64,000 bases of DNA. Source: Eledone cirrhosa. Lineage: Eukaryota. A model generated the notes under the pieces. It was not told the origin of the DNA, searched no databases, and was given only the letters and a program-made list of their open reading frames with translations. A program made the position numbers and the translations under genes. This document shows, piece by piece, positions 13,095 through 24,908 of this stretch. The DNA lies in the NCBI GenBank assembly GCA_964016885.1, contig OZ024746.1, forward strand, positions 99,200,001-99,264,000, in the 5' to 3' direction. How positions within the stretch are numbered: position 1 is the stretch's first letter; the number at the start of each line of letters is the position of its first letter.

Positions 13095-14196
13095 CATGGT
13101 CATCGGAACTCTCTGCGCACAACAAAACACTGGCTCACAATGTGTTTGGTGTGCTTGGCTTAACACCAACGCTTGGAATACTCAATTGGACGATAGACGA
13201 AATCCGAGCAGTTGATGTTAGAACTCGAAAAATACTAAACACCCGAAACTTCCACATCAGCAGTGACATAGGCCGCCTCTATTTGAAACATAAGCAGGGA
13301 GGCAGAGGCCTAACATCAGCCCAGACAGCATTTGAATGTCGCATCATATCCCTCCGACAACATCTACAAACCTCGAAGCGTAGGAGGTCATCTATCGAGC
13401 AAGTCTATCTTCATGAGACAGATAAGATCATGAGAGTTAGGAAGGAACTTCTTGAAAGATATTCCCTGTGTGATAATCAAAAACTCACACCCAGGGAAGT
13501 CGCTCAGCAGTATCGCATTGAATCCATGGATGAAAAACTTCATGCTTATCAGCAAAAAGTCATGCATGGATATGTTGCCAGGAAGCTCCAGAGTGAGAGT
13601 AATATAGATAAGGAAAGTAGTCTATCTTGGACCAACAACCACTATATTGGCTCCCACTTTGAAGGATACGCTTTTGCAATCCAAGAACAGGAAATCAACA
13701 CGAAATACCTGATTCACAAAAGAAATAGAGATGCAGTCAAAACACCTAGATGTGACAAGTGCAGACTCTGCAGAATTAACATCAAAGATGTCACCCATGT
13801 CATAAGCAGCTGTCCAAAGATGTCATCGCGCTACTATCTACCTATGAGGCATGATGTAGTGGCCAAAACACTGTACAATGCAATCCGTAAAAAAAATAGC
13901 CCCGATAATAAACACATTAAAAGCTACAGCAATGTGGAAGACATCCATATACATTATATGAAAGAGTACTGGTGGATATGTTCCAGTAAAAACCCCAATA
14001 AAATGCAGGCATAACAGACCAGATATAATGATATGGGACAGGGGCAAGAAGGTATGCACAGTAGTGGAAATTAGCCGCACAGCAGATGCCAATATAATAT
14101 CAAAGATTAATGAAAAGGGGAACTAATGAGAAGTTTGGAGACTCTCCACCCTGACTATAACTTCAGATTTATACCTTGATTGTTAGGGCACTGGGA
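13095..14196 (+). mobile_element. R4/Dong-like element 3' part: Zn knuckle plus restriction-like endonuclease
   Basis: Overlaps the 5784-6847 family at WSSELSA.NKT.AHNVF. Contains CRLC..HVISSC..RHD and a frameshifted HNRPDIMIWD..VVEIS (PD-(D/E)XK) motif. Confidence 0.85.
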
Positions 14197-14775
14197 AACG
14201 CCTTGTCTATTCTGTCTGCCGGTGCAGTGAGAGATGGGGAGAGTGAGAGAGACGGTGGCAGTAAATGAAAGAGAGAACATCAACGTACACACACTCTTGA
14301 TATCAGAGCAGCTACTGTTATAGCCACTGTTAAAGACATACTCTCCAAAAGATAAACTTCATGAACAGCAAAGCTTTCTAGCACTGGTATTAAAAAAATA
14401 ATAAGAGCCCTGTTCGGAAAGGATGGGTGGGCTGTCCCTAAAGGGGGCCTTATTTGATAAGGGATGCCCAGGGCATTAGCTCTCTCTGCCCCAAATAAAT
14501 CTTACCCTTGTTTAGCAACTTACAATCCACCCATCGTCTCTATTCTGTTCGCCGGGGCCGCAGGGCGATCAGCGCATGACAGCCCTATGAGCTTATAATA
14601 GTGAGAGATGAGAGAAAGCGAGAGAGACGGAGGCAGTGAAAGTACTTTATTACATCTTTGGTGTGTGACCTTGCTAAGGAAAGGCTTGGCATAGATAGAC
14701 TCAAAATCCAAATACAAAGAAAATGAAGTTTTAACACAAAACCAACTCTTCTTTAACCCTTTGTCAAAGAATAAG

Positions 14776-14874
<99 letters not shown>

Positions 14875-14951
14875 TATCTAAGGACGGTGGATTGGCAGTG
14901 TCGGTAGAGTATCGGGCACCAAGCTTTGCCGCGTTGAGTTACGGCCCTTTA

Positions 14952-14974
<23 letters not shown>

Positions 14975-14983
<9 letters not shown>

Positions 14984-15168
14984 ACTAAAACTCTGTGATT
15001 GTTTGCTTGCTTGCTTGTCTGTAATGTAATACAGCCAAAAGGGCGCATAATGGGAAAATACTTTGAAAGGAAGTTGTCCCTGGAATGGGAATACAAATGG
15101 GATAAAACAAGTTTCGCGTAAATCGGAGCACGCGTTCCCGAGATATGGGGTTTTCTGGGTACCTTCAT

Positions 15169-15218
<50 letters not shown>

Positions 15219-15626
15219 GTTGTGAGAGAGTAGATTGAAAGACAGACATAGAGAGAGGGAGAAGAGGAGACAGACAAGGAGGATCGAAGAGAGAGAGAGA
15301 GAGCTGCTGGTATTGTTGTTTTGTATATATATATGAGTGTGTAGATATATATATATGAGTGTGTGTGTGTCTATGACCAGTGTATATAGATCACAGACAC
15401 CCACATATATATATAAACACACACATACACATATATATATATGTATACACAGAGATTTATATATATATACATACATACACATATATATATATATGGGTCT
15501 TCCAGTTTCATTTCACATTATATACATGTCTGTATATATTTTAATTATTTAAATATTATTTTTAAGAACATGATCTTTTTAAATATTTTGAAGTGAACGT
15601 GACCCAACGGGTGAGGGGTGGTCTAG
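14975..15626 (+). mobile_element. Non-autonomous Helitron (family H1)
   Basis: 5' TATATTACTAAAA..(GCTT)n, internal microsatellites, 3' hairpin GTGACCCAACGGGT followed by CTAG|T. Further copies at 17280-17736, 32955-33272 and 33711-34320. Confidence 0.75.
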
Positions 15627-15629
15627 TAT

Positions 15630-15820
15630 ATAATTGTTTCTATTTTTGGCACAAGGCCAGCAATTATTCCAGTGTATTACTGGTACTTTATTTTATCGAC
15701 CCCGTAAGGATGAAAGGCAAAGTTAACCTCGGCGGGATTTGAACTCAGATCATAAAGGGCCGTAACTCTTTGCTACAAAGCATGGCGTCAGACCCTCTAC
15801 CGATACTGCCAATCCACCGC
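15630..15820 (-). mobile_element. SINE family 1, near full-length
   Basis: Reverse complement includes the A-box-like TGGCAGTATCGGTAG head, the core and the tail. Confidence 0.85.
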
Positions 15821-16333
15821 CAATTCAATATAATACAAATCTTTCATGATTAAACCAACATTTGTCATTAAAATTCTTAGTTTTGAAAGGATATTATTGT
15901 TAAAAAAGCCACCAGCAGTGAAAAGTAATCTGATATAGCAGCTGTTTCCAGCCACTGATCTGACCACGTGATGAAGATCAGCCAATGAGAAAGCGCCTAC
16001 ACAAACTGCACTAAGAATCCGCCATGTCTAGAAACTGCCAATGCCTTCTCGTTCAGCACGTGAACGATCATAAGTGTATTTACACATTCCTTCGACATTT
16101 TAAGTCATGCGATTCTGAAGTAGCTGATTACACAACACGTGCACACATGTGTACCAGACAAACACACACATATGCATACACACATGTTTGTATGTCAACG
16201 TGAGTGAGTTTACACTATATCTAAAGGTGAAGGTGAAGGTGTTTACACTATATTTGTTTTGAAGCAACAGATTGGTGTTTGATGCTGACAAAAGTAATCT
16301 TCTTTTATCTATTATACATTATTATAGTATTAA

Positions 16334-16482
16334 GTTACGGCATTGAATTATGGCCCTTTACGTTCTGAGTTCAAATCCCGCCGAGGCTAACTTTACCTTT
16401 CATCTTTATGGGGTCGATAAAATAAAGTACCAGTAATACACTGTAATAATTTCTGGTCTCGTGCCAAAAGTAGGCACAATTA
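16334..16482 (+). mobile_element. SINE family 1, partial
   Basis: GAGTTCAAATCCCGCCGAGG followed by the family core. Confidence 0.75.
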
Positions 16483-16524
16483 TTATAGCTTTAAGTAACT
16501 ATTCTTTCTCACTGATATATAACC

Positions 16525-16690
16525 ACCATTGCGAGATGGAATGGCTCTTCCAGCGCATCTCCCTTATCATCCTCCGGGTAAACGCATTCTCCATTCTGTC
16601 CGCAGGGCCTGTGGGGAGGCCAGCACGTGGAACCCATTTGCTCACTATGCAGAGAGATGGGGAGGGCGAGAGAGATGGAGGTGATGACTG
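16525..16690 (+). mobile_element. CRE-like element extreme 3' end (C-terminus plus 3' UTR)
   Basis: Encodes EWLFQRISLIILRVNAFSIL (CRE C-terminal FQRxS..RGNA motif), followed by a GAGAGATGGGG..GAGAGA UTR. Related ends at 14196-14283, 14530-14640 and 54745-54830. Confidence 0.65.
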
Positions 16691-16929
16691 TGGGAGTTCG
16701 GCTCTTCCGTGTTCGGACACTTCCAACCCCAAAAATATGCCCAGCTTCTCTTTTATTCAACATGTAACTGAAATTCTTACTCTTTCGTTATTATGGACAC
16801 AGGTTCGTTTCAGTTAAGGTCTTTTGTTATGTTTTAGCTGAAATTCCTATTGTTATAGTCTGACTCTTATATATAGGAGTTTTGAGTAATGATATCCAAA
16901 TGAGGGTTGCATACAAAATGAAACCTGGC

Positions 16930-17125
16930 TATAGCAGTATCGGCAGAGGGTTGGACGCCATGCTTTGCAGCATAGAGTTACGGCCCTTTATGGTCTGAGT
17001 TCAAATCCCGCCGAGATTAACTTTGCCCTTCATCCTTACGGGGTCAGTAAAATAAAGTATACCAGTAATTCACCAGTAATTCACCAGTAATTCACTGGAA
17101 TAATTGCTGGCCTTGTGCCAAAAGT
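16930..17125 (+). mobile_element. SINE family 1
   Basis: Head, core and tail present, with an internal CCAGTAATTCA triplication. Confidence 0.8.
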
Positions 17126-17279
17126 AGTGCGTGTATGTATATATATAAATGTGTGTGACCGTATACATATATATATATATGTGTGTACAGCTAATATAAA
17201 TATTCAAGCGTGAAACTAAAAACCATATCGTTTGTACTGCCCCTCTGTTTTTGTTCTCTGTTCATTTATTAAACTATAT

Positions 17280-17736
17280 ACATGTATGTGTATGTATATA
17301 TATATATAAATATATATGGGTGTCTAGTGATCTATATAACTGGTCATAGAAACACACATATATATACACACACACACTCATATATATACACACACACACT
17401 TACATATATATATATACACAACAACAACACCAGCTCTCTCTCTCTTCCTTCATTCTCCGTTTCCTCTCCCTCTCTCTCTATGCCTCTCTTTCAATCTACT
17501 CTCTCACAACCACCATCTCTTTCTCTCTATCTTTCTCTCTCTCTATTTAAGAAGGTACCCGGAAAAACCCCATATCTCGGGAACCCGTTGTCCGATTTAC
17601 GCGAAACTTGTTTTATTCCATTTGTATTCCCATTTCAGGGTCAACTTCCTTTCAAAGTATTTTCCCAATATGCGCCCCTTTGGCTGTATTACATTACAGA
17701 CAAGCAAGCAATCACAGGCTTTTAGTAATATATAGA
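17280..17736 (-). mobile_element. Non-autonomous Helitron H1, 5' part
   Basis: Minus strand starts TCTATATATTACTAAAAGCC and matches the 14975-15400 region. Confidence 0.7.
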
Positions 17737-18271
17737 TAGTAAAATAAAAAATATATATTTATTTATACATAGTATATATTATATTATTTATTATATATAA
17801 ATTAACGATTTTAATTATTATATATTATTTACAATTTGTGTATAGGCAGGTCTCTCTGGAAATAAGGTTGGTTATGCTGAGGGTATTTCATGGCTATGAG
17901 GGGAGCGGTGGCTCCAAAGGTTTTAGAACCTCTGTTCTAACACATTTCTGTGGAGGTTAAATATCAGTATATCATATACACATATCCAAAGAAGCCATGT
18001 TAGAATATGAACAAGTTACTCGCGGAAACAGATAAACTTTCAGAGATGTGTTATGTCTACGAGTGGATCTTGTGATCTGATAACTGAGTATCTAAGGCAT
18101 TGACCTAAAGTCGAGAGTGATTAACGATCAGTGATTAATGATCAGTGATTAATGATCAGTGATTAATGATCAGTGATTAATGATCAGTGTAATATGTGTA
18201 TCTATGTTGATAACAATGTCTGCCATTTCAGTATAGAACAACACATGTGTGATGAGCGTTATTTTAATACA

Positions 18272-18648
18272 CAGTGTACCCCCAGCATTCGCGGTCCTGG
18301 TTATTCGCGGAATTTTCCTTAGAACCTAACTAATCATTGTTCATGGAAACCACTGCATATTCACAGAATCGTAAATATCTTCAGCCATTTTTTATGGCTT
18401 TTTTCGTGGCAATATATATATTTTTGAACACTAAATTAGTACTAACAATCTACCGTATTTGCCGGCCTATTGGACGCCCCTTCGCATAAGATGCTCCCTC
18501 TTTTTAAATTATATTTTACGTTATAATTTACGTTATACTTTGACGTTTATAGGCATTTTTGTGGACCACATCCATTATTCGCGGGGCTTCATTCACTCTT
18601 CGCGGGTGCTCTAGGAACGTAACCCCAGCGAATACCGGTGAACAACTG
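18272..18648. mobile_element. pogo/Tigger-like MITE
   Basis: Ends CAGTGTACCCCC..ATTCGCGG / CGAATACCGG..ACTG followed by TA. Second copy at 37488-37839. Confidence 0.7.
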
Positions 18649-18879
18649 TATATAAATGTGCCAGTTAGTCAAACAATACAGCAGTAAGCAAGATGTGTTT
18701 ACTATAGTAACATTGATTCTGGAATACATAACTAGATGTAGGTGTGTTAGACTTGTTTAAAGCGTGAGGAGTTGACTGGTAAATAAAAAAACGAAATCCA
18801 ATTTCACATAAATATATTTTATTTATAAGAACATTGTGAGATACAATCACACATCTGGGTGTAACCAATAACAACATAG

Positions 18880-19810
18880 TCTTATTTCGCAGCAGACGCC
18901 CTTCGTTAATTAAGACTTCTTCACAAGTCTTTGAAGGAAAATGTTTCTGTAGCTCGAACGGAACGTTTTAAAAGGATTTTCACATTCCCATGGTGGATTA
19001 CTATTGGGTATGGTATCCAATTCCCAGCGAATACGTGTATTTTCGCAGAAGCACTGTGGTAAAATGTTGACGAGAAGAAACGGAAACTGTGAACCTCAAT
19101 GGCTTCCTCGACTGTTAGTTGAAATTCACGGCGGATAAAGTTAAATGCGACTAAAATCAGATTACAATATATTCTTTGTTAAACTGAGCAGAACATGTGA
19201 CATCTGGTTCTAAGGGGATGTGTATTGCTGAAAGTAACGTTGTGATGAATTATATGAGTTGTTGAGGTCTGGTGTCACTGAGAAAGGTCGCGAACAAGAA
19301 AATTCCCATAACTTTGCTAAATGCAAAGTTAAAGATATTTGGTAAGGTACTCATAAAGATGTTGGTGCTTGTTGCCGATAGTTTCGCTGAACCCGAACAG
19401 ATATATGCGGTCCGGAACAATTTTATTCTCACTCGATGCATTTTAGAGAGGATCAATTCTAAATCCGGAAATTGATAGTGTTGAGGTGTATCTGGTTAGA
19501 CCTAAAATGGAGGACATCTGTACCATCCTACGCAGCCGACATGGCCATCATAGTGTTGGGCATATCAGGAATGAAGCTGTCCAGTATCATACGGAAGGAT
19601 TATATGAAGTGTTTAATGGGGAGCACTCTTTTAATCAGAACAAGTCCATGGCCTAGCCACTCGGCATCTAGAGAGACAGGTCCATGCCGTCTAGGAGTAA
19701 TGTCGTTTGTTGGTGAACAGAGAATACGGTTTAGTGCTTGAGGCTCTGGTTTAGTCCTAATTTCCATGGTATAGGAACTTGGAGAAGGTTATGAATGAAA
19801 CGGCTAGTCT
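18880..19810 (+). mobile_element. Highly decayed Tx1/L1 RT fragment
   Basis: PITLLNAKLKIFGKVL..NNFILTRCILERI and PSRSNVVCW..LRLWFSP align by eye with the 51350-52609 RT. Confidence 0.6.
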
Positions 19811-19851
19811 TATCACAGAATAGGCTGCGATAAAACTATTATATATTTGTA

Positions 19852-19946
19852 AGGTTAACTTTGCCTTTCATCCTTACGGGGTCGATAAAATAAAGTACCA
19901 GTAATAAAATAGGATAATTGCTGGCCTTGTGCCGAAAGTAGAAACA
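19852..19946 (+). mobile_element. SINE family 1, 5'-truncated, with TSD
   Basis: Flanked by 16-bp direct repeat ATTATATATTTGTAAG (19838-19853 and 19947-19962). Confidence 0.85.
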
Positions 19947-20041
19947 ATTATATATTTGTAAGATTGAGTTGGTAAATACATACATTACCTCTGGTGAATA
20001 TTATCACTGTATAATTGTGATGCGTACTAGGCTGTAGTGAC

Positions 20042-20407
20042 GGCGCATGGCTTAGTGGTTAGAGCGTCGGGCTTTCAATCGTGAAGTTGTGCGTTCGATT
20101 CTTGGACCGGGCTTTGCGTTGCGGACCTGGCTTTGCGTTGCGTTCTTGAGCAAGACATATTATTTCACGTTCACTCAGGTGTAGGAATGAATTGCTGCGA
20201 CGTCCCTTATGCCAAGCTGTATCGGCCTTTGCTTTTTCCTCGCACAATATTAGCGGCGTGTAGAGGGGAGCTGGCATGCATGGGTGACTGGTGGTCTTCA
20301 AAACAAAACAAAAAAAAACCAACCTTGCCCGGACTTGTGCCTCGGAGGGGAATTTTCTAGGTGCAAATCCCAGGGGCATTCGTGATCGAAGGGTGTCTTT
20401 ACCCTTA
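20042..20407 (+). mobile_element. tRNA-derived SINE family 2 (CORE-like)
   Basis: A box TGGCTTAGTGG, B box GTTCGATTC, then TTCTTGAGCAAGACA..TATTTCACGTT. Related minus copies at ~23720-23927, 43485-43670 and 49375-49596. Confidence 0.75.
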
Positions 20408-20689
20408 ATAGGTTGTATCTAACCAGTTTGGATCGAGTACCCTTGTGGAAGTGTCGAGTTTCCTGGTTTGACGTTACAACTGCTGCCAAACACCATTGGT
20501 ACTGATTCATCTATATGATGTGTGTGTATGTTGTGAGGTTGTGCTGAGGCTGTGATATTTGCACTGATCACTAGATAGTGAGCACGTGTCGCCATTTGTG
20601 AATTACACTTTCCCCACAACTCGTCTCTTTGTCCGATTTACTGCTGACATGTGAGGCTATCTCCTACAGATGTTAAGGTATGTATGACT

Positions 20690-21950
20690 GACCCGACTTA
20701 CGTCATAGTCTCACCTTTCACTCTTCTTTTCTCTCCAGAAATATATCCAGATCCTTGGAAACATGCCACAGTGTATCCTATTCTCAAAACAGACAAATCT
20801 TCAAACCGTTCCAATTATCATCCTATCACATTCACTTCCAGTATCTCATAGTTGATGGCGATAGTCATTAACACCTACACTCTCCATCATCTAGAATCTG
20901 CCTACCCTAAAGTCCAACCTATCCTCAACGTGGCAGGGCGGTGGCAACGGGTAGTGTCAGAGCTATGCCGTCGGGAACTTCGGTTCTTGGTAGGGCCACC
21001 CAAGGCGGATTGGTCTGGTACTCAGCCGTATTAGGGCCGCAACCCGGCAAAAGGGGCTCTGGTGAAAAATCCAAGAGGTGTCTGCTCCGGTAACCGGCGG
21101 CTTCGGGTCGTTTCTGTCCCTGCGTCTGTGGAGAATCTGCGGCAATCAGGACGTTTTTTCCCCTCGTTCGGGATATACATGCGGGTTTTTAGGGGACCGC
21201 TTGTGAGTTCACTACTCCCATGACACTTCTTCCATGAATCCTACAAATACGAACTATCAATACGAATTGCCTTCCCGCTACGAACGCAATGCAAAGCAAC
21301 AGCGCTCCTACCGCTATGGGCAACGACGATCAAGGAGGACCTATCCGAACTCTCAGGTACACAGGTGGTCGGCCTGCGCCGATGGAACCGTGACTGGCTC
21401 GCTATCTCCAGTGACCTAGCCCGGGACCGTCGTTCGTGGGCCGCCATGGTTCGGGATGCCGTCAGGACAAGGGAAGAAGCCGGCTCAACCCGTCCAGGGT
21501 GAATGTCGACACAAGTAAGCAAGCAAGTAAGTATCTAGAATCTGCCTTCCCCATTATTGATGACCAGCGGAATAGCTTTTTTAAAGACAGATCTACTGGA
21601 GACTTGTTTTCTTGTCACTCACCAGTAGGCTCTTGTCATCGAGAGATTTGGTGAAAAGTGTTGTTGCCTTAACCATCGGCAAAACCTTTGATCCCGTCTA
21701 GCAAATAAATACACTGGAAACACCTTGGGTTCCACAAGTAGGGCGTTCGATTCTCGGACCGAGCTTTGGATTGGTGGCTTCTTGTCAGATCAAAACATCA
21801 CCGTGCGTGAAATTAGAACTCTCTTTATCAACTACAGTTTACCAACTGTGCTCTGCCATAGTGTTCAATTTTGTCCCTATACCCGTCCTTCTATACACCA
21901 AAGGCCCAGTTGGCTTCATCCCTAACAATACTCACTAACATGGAGATGAA
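20690..21950 (+). mobile_element. Decayed CR1/jockey-type RT interrupted by an RTE-derived insert
   Basis: WKHATVYPILK..SNYHPITFTS continues across the insert as HLESAFPIIDDQRNSFFKDRSTGDL. Confidence 0.6.
20904..21532 (+). mobile_element. RTE-derived non-autonomous element with 15-bp TSD
   Basis: TSD ATCTAGAATCTGCCT (20889-20903 and 21533-21547). The 3' part encodes an RTE C-terminus (DLARDRRSWAAMVRDAV..AGSTRPG*) and ends in an (AAGY)n tail. Confidence 0.8.
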
Positions 21951-22104
21951 AGCAACTTTATTCTTCCCAGATCTCCTGCACCTTCACGTTATCCACACGA
22001 AAACTAGGCACCTCACACCAACAGTTCACTGAATTCATCAAGAGAGATATCGAAAACAATGGGACTCTAAAACACACGAAATCGCACAATCGCTACACAT
22101 ATAA

Positions 22105-22510
22105 CGTTACTCCAAAGACCATTCAGAGGAACCCTATTTCAACCGCTTGTATTCGCTATCATATCCATTTAGTCATTGCCGAAGCTTTATGACCATAGGT
22201 AAGGGTTGGTACGAATACCGAATTGAAGATAGCGAGTTTGGGTTTTACACCTTCCTCTCTTCTTCAGATTACCGAATGCCGAAGCCGGCGCATTACTGCA
22301 CAAGCTTTTGCAATTCTTGCACATAATTCAACCTCCTGCCTTCCATTACTCGTGAACACGGACCCGAGATACTTGAACTTCTTCACCTGCTTCAGCAGAA
22401 CTCCATTCACATGTAGAGTGTGTTGCACAGATTCTTTTGTGAGAACGAGTGTCTCAGTTATCGCACCACTTGGCATCAAACCTATCATGTGCAAATCAGA
22501 GATCAACTGA
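22105..22510 (-). mobile_element. RTE-clade LINE fragment
   Basis: KQVKKFKYLGSVFTSNGRQEVELCARIAKA. Same family at 37020-37372 (-) and 29710-30110 (+), with 3' ends carrying (CTT/AAG)n tails at 27315-27392, 54367-54470 and 59695-59935. Confidence 0.75.
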
Positions 22511-23305
22511 GATATGCTTTATAAAACATTAAATATTTACTATAAATTCTACGAAATTTCAAAATATTTTACTTTCTAAATTAGCAGTTTGAAAATATTG
22601 AAAAAATATTTCGTTTAAACTGTTTTCAAATGATTCGTCTTGTTGGTCATCTGTGAGAAATGTTCATGAAAATATATTTCAAATTTTATGACTACCGATT
22701 TATCGTTAAACACATCGATGACTCACAAATTGGTGGGGCTAGGAATAAATATCGAGATTGGTTTCTGTTCAGCACCAAGGTAGGTTGCTATTTCAGATGG
22801 TAGAAAAGATAGGCAGCCGAGAACTGATTATATTTGCCAAAAATGTTACTAATTTATAAAATATTTGGATTTTAAAAAATTTAATTGAAGACTAAAGAAA
22901 TATTTATTTCGGATGTAGCTACATCTTGAAAATTATTGCTTATAATTGGTAGGGATTAACATGGAATTTATTTTATAACCCTCTCCCTATCTTTCATTTT
23001 TTATCTAAATATATATAGTGTAGGTAGTGCGGTTAAATACTGGTGTTGGTACCAAATCAAGCACTCTATGAACAGGCAGAGTGTATATAATAGAAAAAAC
23101 GAGGAACTTTCATTTACATGTGAAAAATATATATTGCGTATCGACCTCTTACGCGCGTTTCGCAGAGGATTGGCTCAAGGTGACCCATATGAGTTATGGA
23201 CTCGACTCCAGTATCAATTTGCTCCTCAGACTGGTGATGCAACAAAAGATATATATATATATATATAATATATAAGATCAAAAGATGGTTAAAGGAGTTC
23301 CATGT

Positions 23306-23374
23306 ATTTTATTATGCGCATTTCAAAAACAAACATCATCATGCAATAATATTTGTGTTTTCATCAGATAAAAC
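23306..23374 (-). ncRNA. Type I hammerhead ribozyme motif (family A), minus copy
   Basis: Reverse complement of 23492-23560 within a 154-bp inverted repeat. Confidence 0.75.
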
Positions 23375-23491
23375 AGGAGAACATGATATGAAGGCTAAAA
23401 AACACTTGTGGATAGTGCAGTTTTAAATCAACATGCACTATCAACATGCACTATCCACAAGTGTTTTTTAGCCTTCATATCATGTTCTCCT

Positions 23492-23560
23492 GTTTTATCT
23501 GATGAAAACACAAATATTATTGCATGATGATGTTTGTTTTTGAAATGCGCATAATAAAAT
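23492..23560 (+). ncRNA. Type I hammerhead ribozyme motif (family A)
   Basis: Stem I GTTTTAT/ATAAAAT, CTGATGA at 23499-23505, long stem II, GAAA at 23542-23545, palindromic stem III ATGCGCAT, predicted cleavage after 23553. Confidence 0.8.
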
Positions 23561-23684
23561 ACATGGAACTCCTTTAACCATCTTTTGATCTTATATATTA
23601 TGTATACTCCAGTCCTACAAACTGTAGAGTGCTTCTTATCCGATATCTGCATTGCTTTATTGTACTACAATAAAACTCACCTCC

Positions 23685-23732
<48 letters not shown>

Positions 23733-23963
23733 CAGTCGATCGATCCCAGACCTCTTTCGCTTAACGAGCGGAGAGGGACTCGTCAAATCGGACCGAGGAA
23801 ACAATGTTCCCATTGGTTTTTCCAATTACTAATACTATCTGTCAGTCGCAAATTCAGGCAGAAGGAGCAACATGAAATATAGTGTCTTGCTCAAGGACAT
23901 AACGCATCGCCCGGTCCTGGAATCGAAGATTTATGAAGGTGCGTGGCTGAGTGGTTAGAGAAT

Positions 23964-24053
<90 letters not shown>

Positions 24054-24092
24054 TGGTAGTTAAGACAGGATTGAATCACCATAATTGTTTAT

Positions 24093-24145
24093 TGCATTAT
24101 ATATATATCTGTTACATGGTTATTCATGTGACTTCATCAGATGCT
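24093..24145 (-). ncRNA. Degenerate hammerhead motif (GAAA changed to GATA)
   Basis: Minus strand reads GCAT-CTGATGA-AGTCACATG AATAAC CATGTAACA-GATA-TATATA-TA-ATGC. Confidence 0.45.
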
Positions 24146-24285
24146 TACGCAATCATTGATATAGTTATGCAATCATTGTGATATGCCAGTGGCCATGTAG
24201 TCCATCCAGTAGTGAAGTGCTTTTGATCGCTAGGACCACCTTTTCATCACGAAGTTATTACGTGACAACTAAGATAAACAACACT

Positions 24286-24333
<48 letters not shown>

Positions 24334-24457
24334 AATAAATGAAGACATTCACATAATGAAAATATATGTTTTATTATATATATTTTGAAGGTACAGTGCT
24401 GCCAATACTGGAATTGAACTATGAAGACAGTTGAGGTATGTCATATATCAATTCATG

Positions 24458-24523
24458 TATTTTATCTGACGAGGACGTACTGAAAAAACACCACAGTACC
24501 TTCGAAATATATATAATAAAACA
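24458..24523 (+). ncRNA. Type I hammerhead ribozyme motif (family D)
   Basis: TATTTTAT-CTGACGA (24466-24472)-GGAcGTACTG..CAGTACcTTC-GAAA (24504-24507)-TATATA-TA-ATAAAACA. Partial inverted copy at 24330-24398. Confidence 0.75.
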
Positions 24524-24600
24524 TATTTTGACTGTGTGAATGTCTTTAATTATTATTATTCTGAATAAGTATATATATATATATATATAATATATATAAA

Positions 24601-24809
24601 AATAACAGATTAAAGTTTAAGCAAAGAATCGCTGCTTTCACTCTTAACGGGATCTTCTCAAGATCCCGTTAAGGGTGAAAGCTGCGATTCTTTGCTTAAA
24701 CTTTAATCTGTTATTCTAATAAATATTTGCTCTACGGTTCTTATATATTTGATATATATTTATCCTTATCGAGCCCTCTTTGGATTTTAGTCTTCAAATT
24801 TATTATTAT

Positions 24810-24810
<1 letters not shown>
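24601..24810. mobile_element. TA-embedded fold-back cassette
   Basis: About 56-bp arms (24601-24656 and 24660-24716) with a 3-nt loop. The turn reads CTCAAGA-TCCCGTTAAGGGT-GAAA, resembling a hammerhead core. Confidence 0.55.
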
Positions 24811-24908
<98 letters not shown>

